Part shown: one piece after another, positions 52,838-62,015 of the stretch
How the letters are laid out: each line of letters opens with the position of its first letter
Position numbering within the stretch: position 1 is the first letter of the stretch
NCBI GenBank assembly: GCA_045542275.1
Contig: JAZQKP010000014.1
Coordinates: 524-64,523, forward strand
DNA length: 64,000 nt
Reading direction: 5' to 3'
DNA from: Eubacteriales bacterium
Lineage (GTDB): Bacteria > Bacillota > Clostridia > Oscillospirales > CAG-272
Position numbers and translations under genes: made by a program
Notes under the pieces: model-generated
Seen by the model: the letters and a program-made list of their open reading frames with translations, nothing else
The model's database searches: none
Told to the model about the DNA's origin: nothing

Positions 52838-54797
52838 AATTGTTCTTTTCCATCCATTCAACATGCTTTTCAAGCCATGCGATAAATTGCTTTTCTACCT
52901 TATCAAAGGATTTACTGTCTGTGCCGAATCTTATTTTTTCGTATTGCAAGAGCTCGCTGTGAGCTTCTGTGTCTATTTTAGAATAAGCATCTTCTATATA
53001 CTCTGCCAGCTTATCCTTGGTTTCGTTAAACAGCTCATTATATTTTTCCTTAAAGGAATCCTTGCGTAGCAGATATGGAAAATAGAATGGGCAGCCGTTC
53101 CAGTACATTCTTATGGTGGAATATGCATTATAATTACCCATCCAGGAGTCAAAATCCCAATTTGGACCCATTCTTACCTTGCTATCTGAGGTGGAATTTT
53201 CCTTGCAAAGATAAATATTAGCTCCACCACCGTCGCTTATACACAGATAATCCATTACAAGAAGCCATTTTGCAAAGGAGTCAAGGTCTATATATTCAAG
53301 ATAGGAATCGTCATCCTTATTTAAAGCCTTTTCAAACTCAGTCATATATTCCTTGATATAAATATATTCGGGAGATGTTTTATCAATAAGCTTAGTATCG
53401 GGATATTTAAAGGTGAAGAACATGGCTGTCTTCTCTGTCATTGGTGTATTGAAGTACAAATCCTCATTCCACCAATAAGCATCACACTCAAAAAGGTATC
53501 CGTCAGCATCTACATCAACACGGGATTTGTTTCCCTCCTCACCGTTGCCAACCTCTATGGATTCGGATAAAACGTAAAGTCCACGGTAATCACCGTTTAC
53601 ATACAGGCTTACGTAGCAGTATTCGGGGCTCCATTCTGTGCCGACTGCGTCTGCAACAGCCTCTCCACCTATACGAAAGCTTTCTTCGCCATAATTAAGC
53701 AGCAGCCAATCCTTATAGTCATATTCCTTGCCGTCATCTGCTCTCTCAATAAAGGGCGCTAACAGGTCGGTTTTTGTATTCAATTTAAGCTTGTAGGGGT
53801 ATTTTTTATCTGAGGAATGGTGTGCAGCGCTTGTGTTACCACGTATCTTCATTTTTGCGCCCAGATATTCCTGTGTAGCGTCAAGATTTACGGTTGAATC
53901 ATATACAAGCTCATTATCTGCATTGTAGATTGAAACCTTGCATTGCTCATATTCATTATTCTGAATTCCTGAGCCCCAATATTTATCGGGAGAATGCACC
54001 ACATCGCAGCTGGGCCATACAAAATTCTCAGTAGTTATCTCTACCCTCGGGAATGAAACATTTTTTGCATCAGGCATAAAGCAAGCATCAAATTCTATAG
54101 CCTTACCTAAGCTTTGATAGCCGATAGCCTGTACTTTAACAGTACATTTTGAGTTATTTGTAAGCTTAGCAAGCTCTACCTTACCAAGTGATGCTTCATA
54201 TTGCTCTGTCTTGGATGTGCCATCCACAGTAGAAGTGATTTCAACATATCGAATAGGTGTATCGGTAAGCTCCTTCCAGCTGAAGGAAAGGGTTCCGTCT
54301 GAGGAAATACTGTGTCCAAAATCTGCCATAAGCTCTGTTTCGGCTGAAGTCATGGTTCTAACTGAAACAGATATAAAGAGATCCGATTTTACATCATGAA
54401 TACAGTAAACATCATTATCAAGGGGTTCCACACGGGAATATTCTCCTGCAACATTTAAGCTGTGTACCCTGTATTTTCCCTCAGGCTTTACGGTAAGCCA
54501 TATTTTTCCTGTGCCATCATCAGTTGGTGTACCACCGGGTGTAGTGGTTGAATAAAGCACCTCAGCAAGCTCAGAGGACGGGGTATTATCTGCAAAATAG
54601 GGAGATACTGTTATTTTACTGTTATTGCTTACTGTTGCTACAAAATAACCTGTTTCGGAGCCGGTATCGGTAGTCGTAGTATTATCGGTATCAACCGTGG
54701 TTGTTGTATTACTGTCACCACAGCTAAATAAAAGCGTACAAAGAGCAAAAGCAAATACTAAGGCTAATAACTTAAATATAAAATTTTGTTTAGTCAA
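52836..54797 (-). CDS. CotH-family (atypical kinase fold) lipoprotein
   Basis: Lipobox LFSCG, T/D-rich linker, Ig-like N-terminal region, and a C-terminal CotH domain (RGNTS; GPNWDFDSW). TTG start 5 nt after GGAGGTG. Confidence 0.78.
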   Translation of the reverse strand: MTKQNFIFKLLALVFAFALCTLLFSCGDSNTTTTVDTDNTTTTDTGSETGYFVATVSNNSKITVSPYFADNTPSSELAEVLYSTTTPGGTPTDDGTGKIWLTVKPEGKYRVHSLNVAGEYSRVEPLDNDVYCIHDVKSDLFISVSVRTMTSAETELMADFGHSISSDGTLSFSWKELTDTPIRYVEITSTVDGTSKTEQYEASLGKVELAKLTNNSKCTVKVQAIGYQSLGKAIEFDACFMPDAKNVSFPRVEITTENFVWPSCDVVHSPDKYWGSGIQNNEYEQCKVSIYNADNELVYDSTVNLDATQEYLGAKMKIRGNTSAAHHSSDKKYPYKLKLNTKTDLLAPFIERADDGKEYDYKDWLLLNYGEESFRIGGEAVADAVGTEWSPEYCYVSLYVNGDYRGLYVLSESIEVGNGEEGNKSRVDVDADGYLFECDAYWWNEDLYFNTPMTEKTAMFFTFKYPDTKLIDKTSPEYIYIKEYMTEFEKALNKDDDSYLEYIDLDSFAKWLLVMDYLCISDGGGANIYLCKENSTSDSKVRMGPNWDFDSWMGNYNAYSTIRMYWNGCPFYFPYLLRKDSFKEKYNELFNETKDKLAEYIEDAYSKIDTEAHSELLQYEKIRFGTDSKSFDKVEKQFIAWLEKHVEWMEKNN

Positions 54798-54933
54798 GCT
54801 TACACCTCCAAATAAAAGTAACCTTTATTATATTGTATCATCAAAGTGAAGCTTTTTCAAGTACGTATATTTTTGATAAAAATGAGCTTATTATTCATAT
54901 GGGTTGTTCATATGTTCATATGTATATATTAAT

Positions 54934-54958
54934 AAAAGCACGGTTTGACCGTGCTTTT
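54934..54958 (-). terminator. intrinsic terminator after the HD-domain gene (copy 2 of the repeated hairpin)
   Basis: AAAAGCACGG-tttga-CCGTGCTTTT, nearly identical to 52807-52831. Confidence 0.65.
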
Positions 54959-54968
54959 CCTTGATTTT

Positions 54969-55628
54969 TTACATTAATTGTTGATTGTTTACAACCAATT
55001 TGAAGTCTAAGCCAAGCTTTGAGGCTGCCTTACGGCACATTATCATTCGCTTTAAGAAAATTTCAAAGTAATTTACCACAGGGCTGATTTCTGTGTCGAT
55101 TTCAAGCTTAAGCTCTATAGCTGTTTTTTCTTCGTTGATTGTAAGGTCTGTTTTTATAACTGAATAGTTTACTCTGTCATGAATGTCAAAGCTTGTAATA
55201 TCGCTATTTCTTACTCTTGTGCGACGCACATCGGTTTTATCTCCGATAATAAGAGCTGCTGCCAAAGGGCTTACTGCCTCGCCCTCGCCCTCATCGTGAT
55301 TGCCTATAGCTGTAACTATCATAGCAATTTCATCTGCGTCCATGCCTAAGGTATCAAGAATACGGAATGCCATTACAGCTCCGCTTTGTGAATGATCCTT
55401 ACGGTTTACAACATTACCGATATCGTGCATAAAGGCTGCTATTTTTACAAGCTCAATTTCTCTCTCACTATATCCCAAGGTGGAAAGAATATATTCTGAT
55501 CTTTTAGATACGATGCCTACGTGCGCATAGCTATGCTCAGTATATCCTAAAGCAAGAAGTGACTTATCTGCATGCTCAATATACGCTCTGATTTTAGGGT
55601 TGTTTTTTATATCCTTATAGGTTACCAT
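54969..55628 (-). CDS. HD-domain phosphohydrolase
   Basis: H...HD motif (SYAHVG; FMHDIGN), plus NHDEGEG and GDKTD. Confidence 0.75.
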   Translation of the reverse strand: MVTYKDIKNNPKIRAYIEHADKSLLALGYTEHSYAHVGIVSKRSEYILSTLGYSEREIELVKIAAFMHDIGNVVNRKDHSQSGAVMAFRILDTLGMDADEIAMIVTAIGNHDEGEGEAVSPLAAALIIGDKTDVRRTRVRNSDITSFDIHDRVNYSVIKTDLTINEEKTAIELKLEIDTEISPVVNYFEIFLKRMIMCRKAASKLGLDFKLVVNNQQLM

Positions 55629-56250
55629 TATCTGATTCCTTTTCTATTGAGAATTTATTTACTGTATTACAAAGAAGTATAAGCTTGATTATATAGACTA
55701 TAAGCATAAGCGCCATTAGTCCACCTGCAACGGTAAAGCCTACACCTGTTATGTCTGCTCCGTTTTTAACTGTCATTGCAATACCCGAAAGGAGCAAAAA
55801 TACAGATACAAGAGTTACTAAAGGAATAAAGAAAATAAGGCTGAAGCGCATAAATTCCTTAAAACGAGTTTTTTCGTATCTTGTATTCCTTGATGTATCT
55901 ATGACCTCCACAGTAGTATATGATTTTAATATCCCACCTTCATTGCCGATATAAAGCCTATCCTTACCCTCTGTCACCTCAACATCAAAGGAAAAGCATT
56001 CTACCTCGCCCTCCTTAAGCACGTCATGGGAATTTCCCACCACGTTATACATAGCCATGGAAAGCAGACTCTCTCCGTATTTTTTCACGATTTTTCTAAT
56101 ATATACATCTACTCGGTGCAAGCCCTCGCTTACCTCAAGCTTATATCGGCTGCAGCCCCTTTGAAGCTCAGCATTATCAAGCTGCTTACCGTCAAGCATT
56201 ACCTGATGAGAAGTTGCATCCGATCTTACAATATCCAAGCTAAATACCAT
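55615..56250 (-). CDS. hypothetical protein with a soluble N-terminal domain and 2 C-terminal TMs
   Basis: 211-aa ORF that overlaps the HD gene start by 14 nt. No family recognised. Confidence 0.55.
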   Translation of the reverse strand: MVFSLDIVRSDATSHQVMLDGKQLDNAELQRGCSRYKLEVSEGLHRVDVYIRKIVKKYGESLLSMAMYNVVGNSHDVLKEGEVECFSFDVEVTEGKDRLYIGNEGGILKSYTTVEVIDTSRNTRYEKTRFKEFMRFSLIFFIPLVTLVSVFLLLSGIAMTVKNGADITGVGFTVAGGLMALMLIVYIIKLILLCNTVNKFSIEKESDNGNL

Positions 56251-56295
56251 AATATCTCCATAAAGTAAATTCTGTAATTATTTTAGCATATTGAA

Positions 56296-56328
56296 AATAA
56301 AAAAGCAAGAGGCTGTATGCCTCTTGCC
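56296..56328 (-). terminator. intrinsic terminator
   Basis: On the minus strand: GCAAGAGG-catacag-CCTCTTGC followed by TTTTTTATTTT. Confidence 0.75.
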
Positions 56329-56335
56329 CTTATCT

Positions 56336-57469
56336 TTATTCAAATGAAGAATAAACCTTTACTCCGTCAACATAGAGTGAATAGCCAATATTAGATAAAA
56401 TGAACAGATTGTTATTTTGAATTCCGTCCCATTGCGTCTTTGATTCAACATGGAACTGTATATCTCCGGCAGTAAAAGCATTTTCTCCAATAAAGTTGAC
56501 CTTTTTACCGATTGTAACCTTGTCGCAATCACATCCAGAAAATGCTTCCCTACTGATTTTTTCAAGTCCGTCGCCTATTACAACTTCTTTGAGATATCCA
56601 CAACTGTAGAACGCCTTTGCACTAAGTGTTGTTAAGCTGTTTGGTAACACTATTTTTTCAATTTTAGAGCATCCGAAAAATGCTTGATCATAAATAGCTG
56701 TTAAGCCCTCGTTAAATTCCACTTCTGTAAGATTTTCACAATATTTAAATGCCATCTGTCCGATTTGTGTAACATTAGCGGGAATTACAATTTTTTCAAG
56801 TCCAGAATATGAAAATGCTCCACCATATATTGTTTCAATTTTATTTCCTATAGTAAAGCTTTTCAGCCCTCCGCACCGTGCAAACATATTAGATGCGATG
56901 ATCTTTGTATCCTCATGCATTTTAACAGCTTTTATACCCGAACGCTCGAACACGCTTACACCAAATTCAATATCAGGAGATTGAATATCTAATTCATTAA
57001 TATCACTCTCGCTAAACGCCTTATCTCCTACCTTTTGGATTCCATTGGGAATTACAAGCTTAGTTATTGTTTTGTTTCGTAAAAAAGCCTCTGCCGCTAT
57101 CTCTTTAACAGGCTTTTCATTATATTCAGTAGGGATTACAAGCAATTCACTTGTATATTTACCGACACCTGTAATGATGTAATAAGAACCGTCCTCGCTA
57201 AGCTTAAATTCAAGAGCTTCCAGAGGATTAGCTGTATTACAATATGTGCAAATCCCATCTACATAATTATGTGTAAGCTTAGGTATTATTTCTTGCTCCT
57301 TCAAAATTTCTCCACACAGGGTGCAGCATTCTCCCTCAGTTAAGCCTGTCTCATAACATGTTGCATCCTTTTTTTCAAGGATCTTTTTTTCATGCTTACA
57401 GCCACAAGAAGTAAGCAAAAAAACAAATATCAGTAAAATTATTAACAAAGATAAAGTTAATCTTTTCAT
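56336..57469 (-). CDS. lipoprotein with one Cys-rich module and a BspA-like LRR domain
   Basis: Lipobox LTSCG, then KKDATCYETGLTEGECCTLCGE (same module type as in 39494-41116), then LRR_5-type repeats. AGGAGG RBS. Confidence 0.8.
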   Translation of the reverse strand: MKRLTLSLLIILLIFVFLLTSCGCKHEKKILEKKDATCYETGLTEGECCTLCGEILKEQEIIPKLTHNYVDGICTYCNTANPLEALEFKLSEDGSYYIITGVGKYTSELLVIPTEYNEKPVKEIAAEAFLRNKTITKLVIPNGIQKVGDKAFSESDINELDIQSPDIEFGVSVFERSGIKAVKMHEDTKIIASNMFARCGGLKSFTIGNKIETIYGGAFSYSGLEKIVIPANVTQIGQMAFKYCENLTEVEFNEGLTAIYDQAFFGCSKIEKIVLPNSLTTLSAKAFYSCGYLKEVVIGDGLEKISREAFSGCDCDKVTIGKKVNFIGENAFTAGDIQFHVESKTQWDGIQNNNLFILSNIGYSLYVDGVKVYSSFE

Positions 57470-57572
57470 ATTTACCTCCTTAAAAGTACTTATTGATTAT
57501 ATTTTATCATACATAAATAAGTTTTACAATAGCCTATTATAAAATAAAAAAGTAGACACTTGGTCCACTTTT

Positions 57573-59042
57573 TTATTCAAATGTAAATTCAAGAAATTCA
57601 ATTGAGCCGTTGCCCTCATAGAAGAAATAAAGAGGATATACTCCGTTTGGTACAGAGATATTGCAGCCTGCCTCTGTCCAATTCTTGTTATCGAAAACGG
57701 GAATTCTGCCTATTGCATCGCCATTAGGTGAAAGCTTAACTATCATTTCACCCTTTGGTACAATATCATAGGTACGGTACTTGATTTTTATAGATTTTAC
57801 ATCCTTAAAATCAAAGTATTTATATCCTATCATTGTGTTATTTTCAATCTCGGAAATAAAATGCTCCTCACCCTTAAAGGATATATGAGGGAGTCTTGCA
57901 CCGGGACATGCACAATGAGGCACCTTACCGTTTGTAAGATTACAGCAAATAGGTGACGGATACGTACCCTTGGCTACAAGCGGTCCTCCGTTTAAGCCAC
58001 AGGATGTCATTTCAACCTGTGGGATAAATCCGTTATCAAGAATTTCAATCTCCTCAGCGCAGCCCTGACGTGAATATTCCATCTTCAAGGTGTGACGGTG
58101 ATAGAAAATGTACCATTTGCCGTTTATATTTTCAATACTGCCATGGTTATTGCCGGATCGCATAAGCCTGTTTTCAGGCTTTCTGCCCTTGTAGCCTACA
58201 TCGCCGTTTGAAATTATAACTCCACCAAACTTAAAATCTCTGTCGGGATAGTCACTTGTAGCATAGCAAAGCTCATGATTTTGCCAGGAGGAATAAACAA
58301 AATAATATTTATCGCCCACCTTACGCATTGAGCTTGCCTCAAAAAATTCGTGTCCCTTAAAATCTGTTCCCTCGTAAATTGAAGGGAAAATCCTCTTGGG
58401 AGTGTCTTTAATTGTCATCATATCGTCTTCAAGCTGAACATAGATAGGTCCCATTACTCCACCGGGAGTATTAAGAACCTCCTCCCTCGTTTTCTTGAAG
58501 GTGGACATCTGCCTTTTTATACTTTCCTCACGGGAAATCGTGGGATTTTCATCAAAATCAAACCACATTCCGTAATAAAAGCGTATAGTACCGTTATCGT
58601 TAAAGCAAGCAGGATCGAATATGGCGTAATCCTGTAAGGGTGTTCCGTCTTTGTGGCGAACAAAGCCAAGATATTCAAAATCACCGCAGGGAGTATCGCA
58701 AACTGCAACTCCCATAATATAGCTGCAATCAGGATATGTATTTGCAAGAGAGTAATAAAGATAGTATCTTCCGTCATTGCCCTGTACAACGTCGGGGGCA
58801 TACATATATTTATATTTAGGGTAAAGGGGATCTCTTTCTGCCTTATATATAACTCCCTCATATCTCCATTCGGTAAGATCGGTTACAGGGGCTGAATATG
58901 TTACATAATCAAGCATACAGAAATCGTCGCCACCCTCCTTATCGTGAGAGCCGTAAATGTACACTCTATCCCCAAAAACATGGGGTTCACCATCCGGAAT
59001 ATACTCATTTAAGGGTAAATATGGGTTAAAAACCTGTTTCAT
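57573..59042 (-). CDS. glycoside hydrolase family 43 protein with a C-terminal beta-sandwich (CBM-like) domain
   Basis: GH43 five-bladed propeller motifs (PDGEPHVF; YMYAPDVV; FFEASS). Confidence 0.78.
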   Translation of the reverse strand: MKQVFNPYLPLNEYIPDGEPHVFGDRVYIYGSHDKEGGDDFCMLDYVTYSAPVTDLTEWRYEGVIYKAERDPLYPKYKYMYAPDVVQGNDGRYYLYYSLANTYPDCSYIMGVAVCDTPCGDFEYLGFVRHKDGTPLQDYAIFDPACFNDNGTIRFYYGMWFDFDENPTISREESIKRQMSTFKKTREEVLNTPGGVMGPIYVQLEDDMMTIKDTPKRIFPSIYEGTDFKGHEFFEASSMRKVGDKYYFVYSSWQNHELCYATSDYPDRDFKFGGVIISNGDVGYKGRKPENRLMRSGNNHGSIENINGKWYIFYHRHTLKMEYSRQGCAEEIEILDNGFIPQVEMTSCGLNGGPLVAKGTYPSPICCNLTNGKVPHCACPGARLPHISFKGEEHFISEIENNTMIGYKYFDFKDVKSIKIKYRTYDIVPKGEMIVKLSPNGDAIGRIPVFDNKNWTEAGCNISVPNGVYPLYFFYEGNGSIEFLEFTFE

Positions 59043-59896
59043 TTCTGCAAATCCTCTCTTGTAAGTATCTTTATTGCAGGACGTTCATTTGGGGTATTGT
59101 TGGGGGTATGAAATACGAAATTCATATTACCCGAATAATCGATAAATATCATTCCGTGACCACCGTCCTTGGTAAACAAAAGCTTTTCATCAATAGTCCA
59201 TTTACCTGTTATGCTTCCGTTATCTGAACGGGAGATTGATTCGCAATACTCGTTTCCCTCTGTAAAGCTTGACCAGATACAAATAAGCTCATTATCAAGC
59301 CTTATCATAAAGGGTCCGTCTGTTACATAATCGCCCTTACCTGTAAAGTTGTGTACCCACGATGGAGTTGATGCCTTCCACATTTCAACAGGCTCTCCAA
59401 CTGCTTTTTTAAGGTCGGGAGTGAGCTGTAAATAACATACAGTTCCATCCTTAATTTGAGTCCATTCGTGGCAAAACACTATATACGGGGTGCCATTTTC
59501 AACATAAAATGTACCGTCAAGGCATTCCCAGTCACGGGGAGTTACAGCCTTATCGGAATGCTCTCTGAAGCGTCCGTCGGGAGTGTCACATTCAAAAATT
59601 GCTGTGCCTCTGTGATATCCCTCTCCTTTAAAGCTGGCAAAAAGGTAGAATTTGCCCTTGTATTCGTGTACCTCCGGCGCCCAATACTGGGTATCACCCC
59701 AAAATCCGTCAAAATATGAAAATATTTCTTTTGGCTCACTCCAGTTTTCAAGATCATCGCTTACATATACATCAAAGCCTAAGGCTTCAAGAGGCTTTTT
59801 CTCCCATGTATTATTCCCTCTTGTACCGTACATATAGTACTTGCCTTTATATAGGAGAATAAACGGGTCTCTTATGTTTATATCGCAAAATTTCAT
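59039..59896 (-). CDS. glycoside hydrolase family 43 protein (arabinofuranosidase/arabinanase-like)
   Basis: IRDPFIL, WAPEVHEY and DGPFM motifs. ATGA and TAATG overlaps with its neighbours. Confidence 0.8.
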   Translation of the reverse strand: MKFCDINIRDPFILLYKGKYYMYGTRGNNTWEKKPLEALGFDVYVSDDLENWSEPKEIFSYFDGFWGDTQYWAPEVHEYKGKFYLFASFKGEGYHRGTAIFECDTPDGRFREHSDKAVTPRDWECLDGTFYVENGTPYIVFCHEWTQIKDGTVCYLQLTPDLKKAVGEPVEMWKASTPSWVHNFTGKGDYVTDGPFMIRLDNELICIWSSFTEGNEYCESISRSDNGSITGKWTIDEKLLFTKDGGHGMIFIDYSGNMNFVFHTPNNTPNERPAIKILTREDLQK

Positions 59897-61863
59897 TATA
59901 TTTCCTTTAAGAAAAGTGCCTCAAAGGGCTTAAGTGTTACTCTGCCACTTACAGTCTTTTCGTTTAATATATCGTAGTATTCCTTTGTAAGCTCAACATA
60001 GCCTTCCTTATTCTGAAGCTCAAGGGCGATAATACCGTTTTCCTTACCGCTTCTTTCAATAAGCTCTATATTCTCCGATGCCTTGGCAATAGGAGCTCTG
60101 TCAATAAGCTTAAGAAGTGCATCGCCGTCAACGCCTGTACCGAGGATAATAATCTGTCCCTTACCAACCTTACGTCTTGTAATAGCTGCAAGTCCGTCAA
60201 AGTCCTCTCCGCCTGAGTAAACAGCAAGCGCCTCACTGTCAACTGTTTCAAAGGCATCGTAGTTAAGACAGGTTTTTATCTCCTGACCGTTATCAACAAA
60301 ATGTGTCTTGATAATCTTATCAACCTGAGTATCGAATGGGATATTATATTTTGTATATACTCCACCAAGCTCCTCAAGGAATGAGAATGGAGCATCTGTA
60401 TATTTGGATGCATGGTCAGTCATTATATCGGAAAGAGGACCGACAATCCATGTTCCACCGTTCTTGATCCACTCAGTAACTCTTTCCTTAAAGCCACACT
60501 CGGTAGCATTTGCAAGCATAGGTGAAAGAAGTATCTCATACTCATCAAGACAAGCATCTGTTTCGATAACGTCCACGTTATAATGCTTAAGAGGTGCGTG
60601 GAAGGTGTCTATAAGACGCTCTCTGTAATTTAGGTCAAGACGGCCGGAAATAAGAGGTGCGTGTTTAAAGTCCTTGACTGCTGTTGTAGAATATGTAAGA
60701 GCAATTTTTGACTTAATCTGAGAGTTCTCAAGGAAGCTCTTGCTCTTTTCAACATGGTCAGCTGCACGCTTTATACCCTTGGATACGCTATAAGGTCTGC
60801 CTGATGTACTAACAACAGCACCGTGACCAAGCTCGTGTCCGTTGGGGTGAGCACGGTAAAGCCAGAAAAGGTTCATTTCTCCACCCTTACAGATAGGTGA
60901 AATTGTGTTCATATAGCAGCTGTCTGTATAGTGATAATCATTAGCTGCACAATAGCCACCGTTCCATCCAACAAGGGTTTCTGTTACCCAGAAGGGACGG
61001 TCCTTTATCTTGCGTAAAAAGTCAAACACAAACATATTACGGTAGATAATGTCTATGTTGTCATAATGATTGTACTGTACAACATCGAGTGTCTTATTCA
61101 TATCACGGTAGCTGAGATAGTTATTTGTCATCATATCTGTACCGATAGGCGCACTTGAATGCTTTCTTATAGCCTCAGCCTGTTCATTTGTATAGGAGTA
61201 AATAAGCTCACACTGAAAATGTCCCCAATCAACAAAGCGGCTTGGGTTTTCCCACTGATATGTATGAGGGGGCTCAATATCATCAAAGGATTCATAGTCG
61301 AGAGACCAACGGTATGTTCCCCAGCTCTTATTAAGGTTCTCTATTGTTCCGTATTTCTTCTTAAGGAATTCACGGAAGCCCTTAACGCAATCGGGGCAGT
61401 AGCAGCCGTCATCATACGGAAAAAGCTCGTTGTCTATCTGCCATCCGATAACGCCGGGATGGTCCTTAAATGCCTTAGCCATTTCCTCAGCAATTTTAGC
61501 ATTTAATCTTCTTGCGTCCTTATTAGACTTGCAGGTGTGAACTCTTGCTCTGTGAAGCTGCTTCTCTCTTGAGTTGTTTACAGCAACGGTACGAAGAGCA
61601 TCCGGATATTTTTTAAAGAACCAACGGGGAGGAGTGCATGAGGGGGTACACATAATTGTGTAAATGCCATTTTCATAAAGCTTGTCTGCAACATACCTGA
61701 AAAGGCTGAAATCATACACTCCCTCAGTCTTTTCCATAGTACTCCAGGCAAATTCGCCAACACGCATACAGTTGAGACCGTGCTCCTTCATTACCTTAAT
61801 ATCCTTGTCAATTTCAGCCTTATCCCAAAGTTCAGGATAATAAGCTGCGCCAAAATAAAACAT
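59896..61863 (-). CDS. beta-galactosidase, glycoside hydrolase family 42
   Basis: FGAAYYPELW start, WQIDNE acid/base region, and a trimerisation plus C-terminal domain length of about 655 aa. Confidence 0.88.
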   Translation of the reverse strand: MFYFGAAYYPELWDKAEIDKDIKVMKEHGLNCMRVGEFAWSTMEKTEGVYDFSLFRYVADKLYENGIYTIMCTPSCTPPRWFFKKYPDALRTVAVNNSREKQLHRARVHTCKSNKDARRLNAKIAEEMAKAFKDHPGVIGWQIDNELFPYDDGCYCPDCVKGFREFLKKKYGTIENLNKSWGTYRWSLDYESFDDIEPPHTYQWENPSRFVDWGHFQCELIYSYTNEQAEAIRKHSSAPIGTDMMTNNYLSYRDMNKTLDVVQYNHYDNIDIIYRNMFVFDFLRKIKDRPFWVTETLVGWNGGYCAANDYHYTDSCYMNTISPICKGGEMNLFWLYRAHPNGHELGHGAVVSTSGRPYSVSKGIKRAADHVEKSKSFLENSQIKSKIALTYSTTAVKDFKHAPLISGRLDLNYRERLIDTFHAPLKHYNVDVIETDACLDEYEILLSPMLANATECGFKERVTEWIKNGGTWIVGPLSDIMTDHASKYTDAPFSFLEELGGVYTKYNIPFDTQVDKIIKTHFVDNGQEIKTCLNYDAFETVDSEALAVYSGGEDFDGLAAITRRKVGKGQIIILGTGVDGDALLKLIDRAPIAKASENIELIERSGKENGIIALELQNKEGYVELTKEYYDILNEKTVSGRVTLKPFEALFLKEI

Positions 61864-61896
61864 ATGTATTCTCCTTTTTTATGCTTTGATATTTCT

Positions 61897-61925
61897 ATAA
61901 TACCATATATATGGTATTTTGTCAA
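61897..61925 (-). promoter_or_regulatory. sigma-A promoter of the GH42/GH43 operon with an embedded 20-bp perfect palindrome (operator candidate)
   Basis: On the minus strand: TTGACA, 17-nt spacer, TATTAT. AATACCATATATATGGTATT (61899-61918) fills the spacer and part of the -10. Confidence 0.55.
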
Positions 61926-61955
61926 TTTGTGTTTTTGCTTTTAATACCTAATCTA

Positions 61956-61983
61956 TTGACATATTTTTTAAAAGTGATAAAAT
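61956..61983 (+). promoter_or_regulatory. sigma-A promoter of pepD
   Basis: TTGACA, 16-nt spacer, TGaTAAAAT. Confidence 0.55.
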
Positions 61984-62015
61984 ATATTATATAAGAAAGT
62001 TTAAGGAGAAATGCC

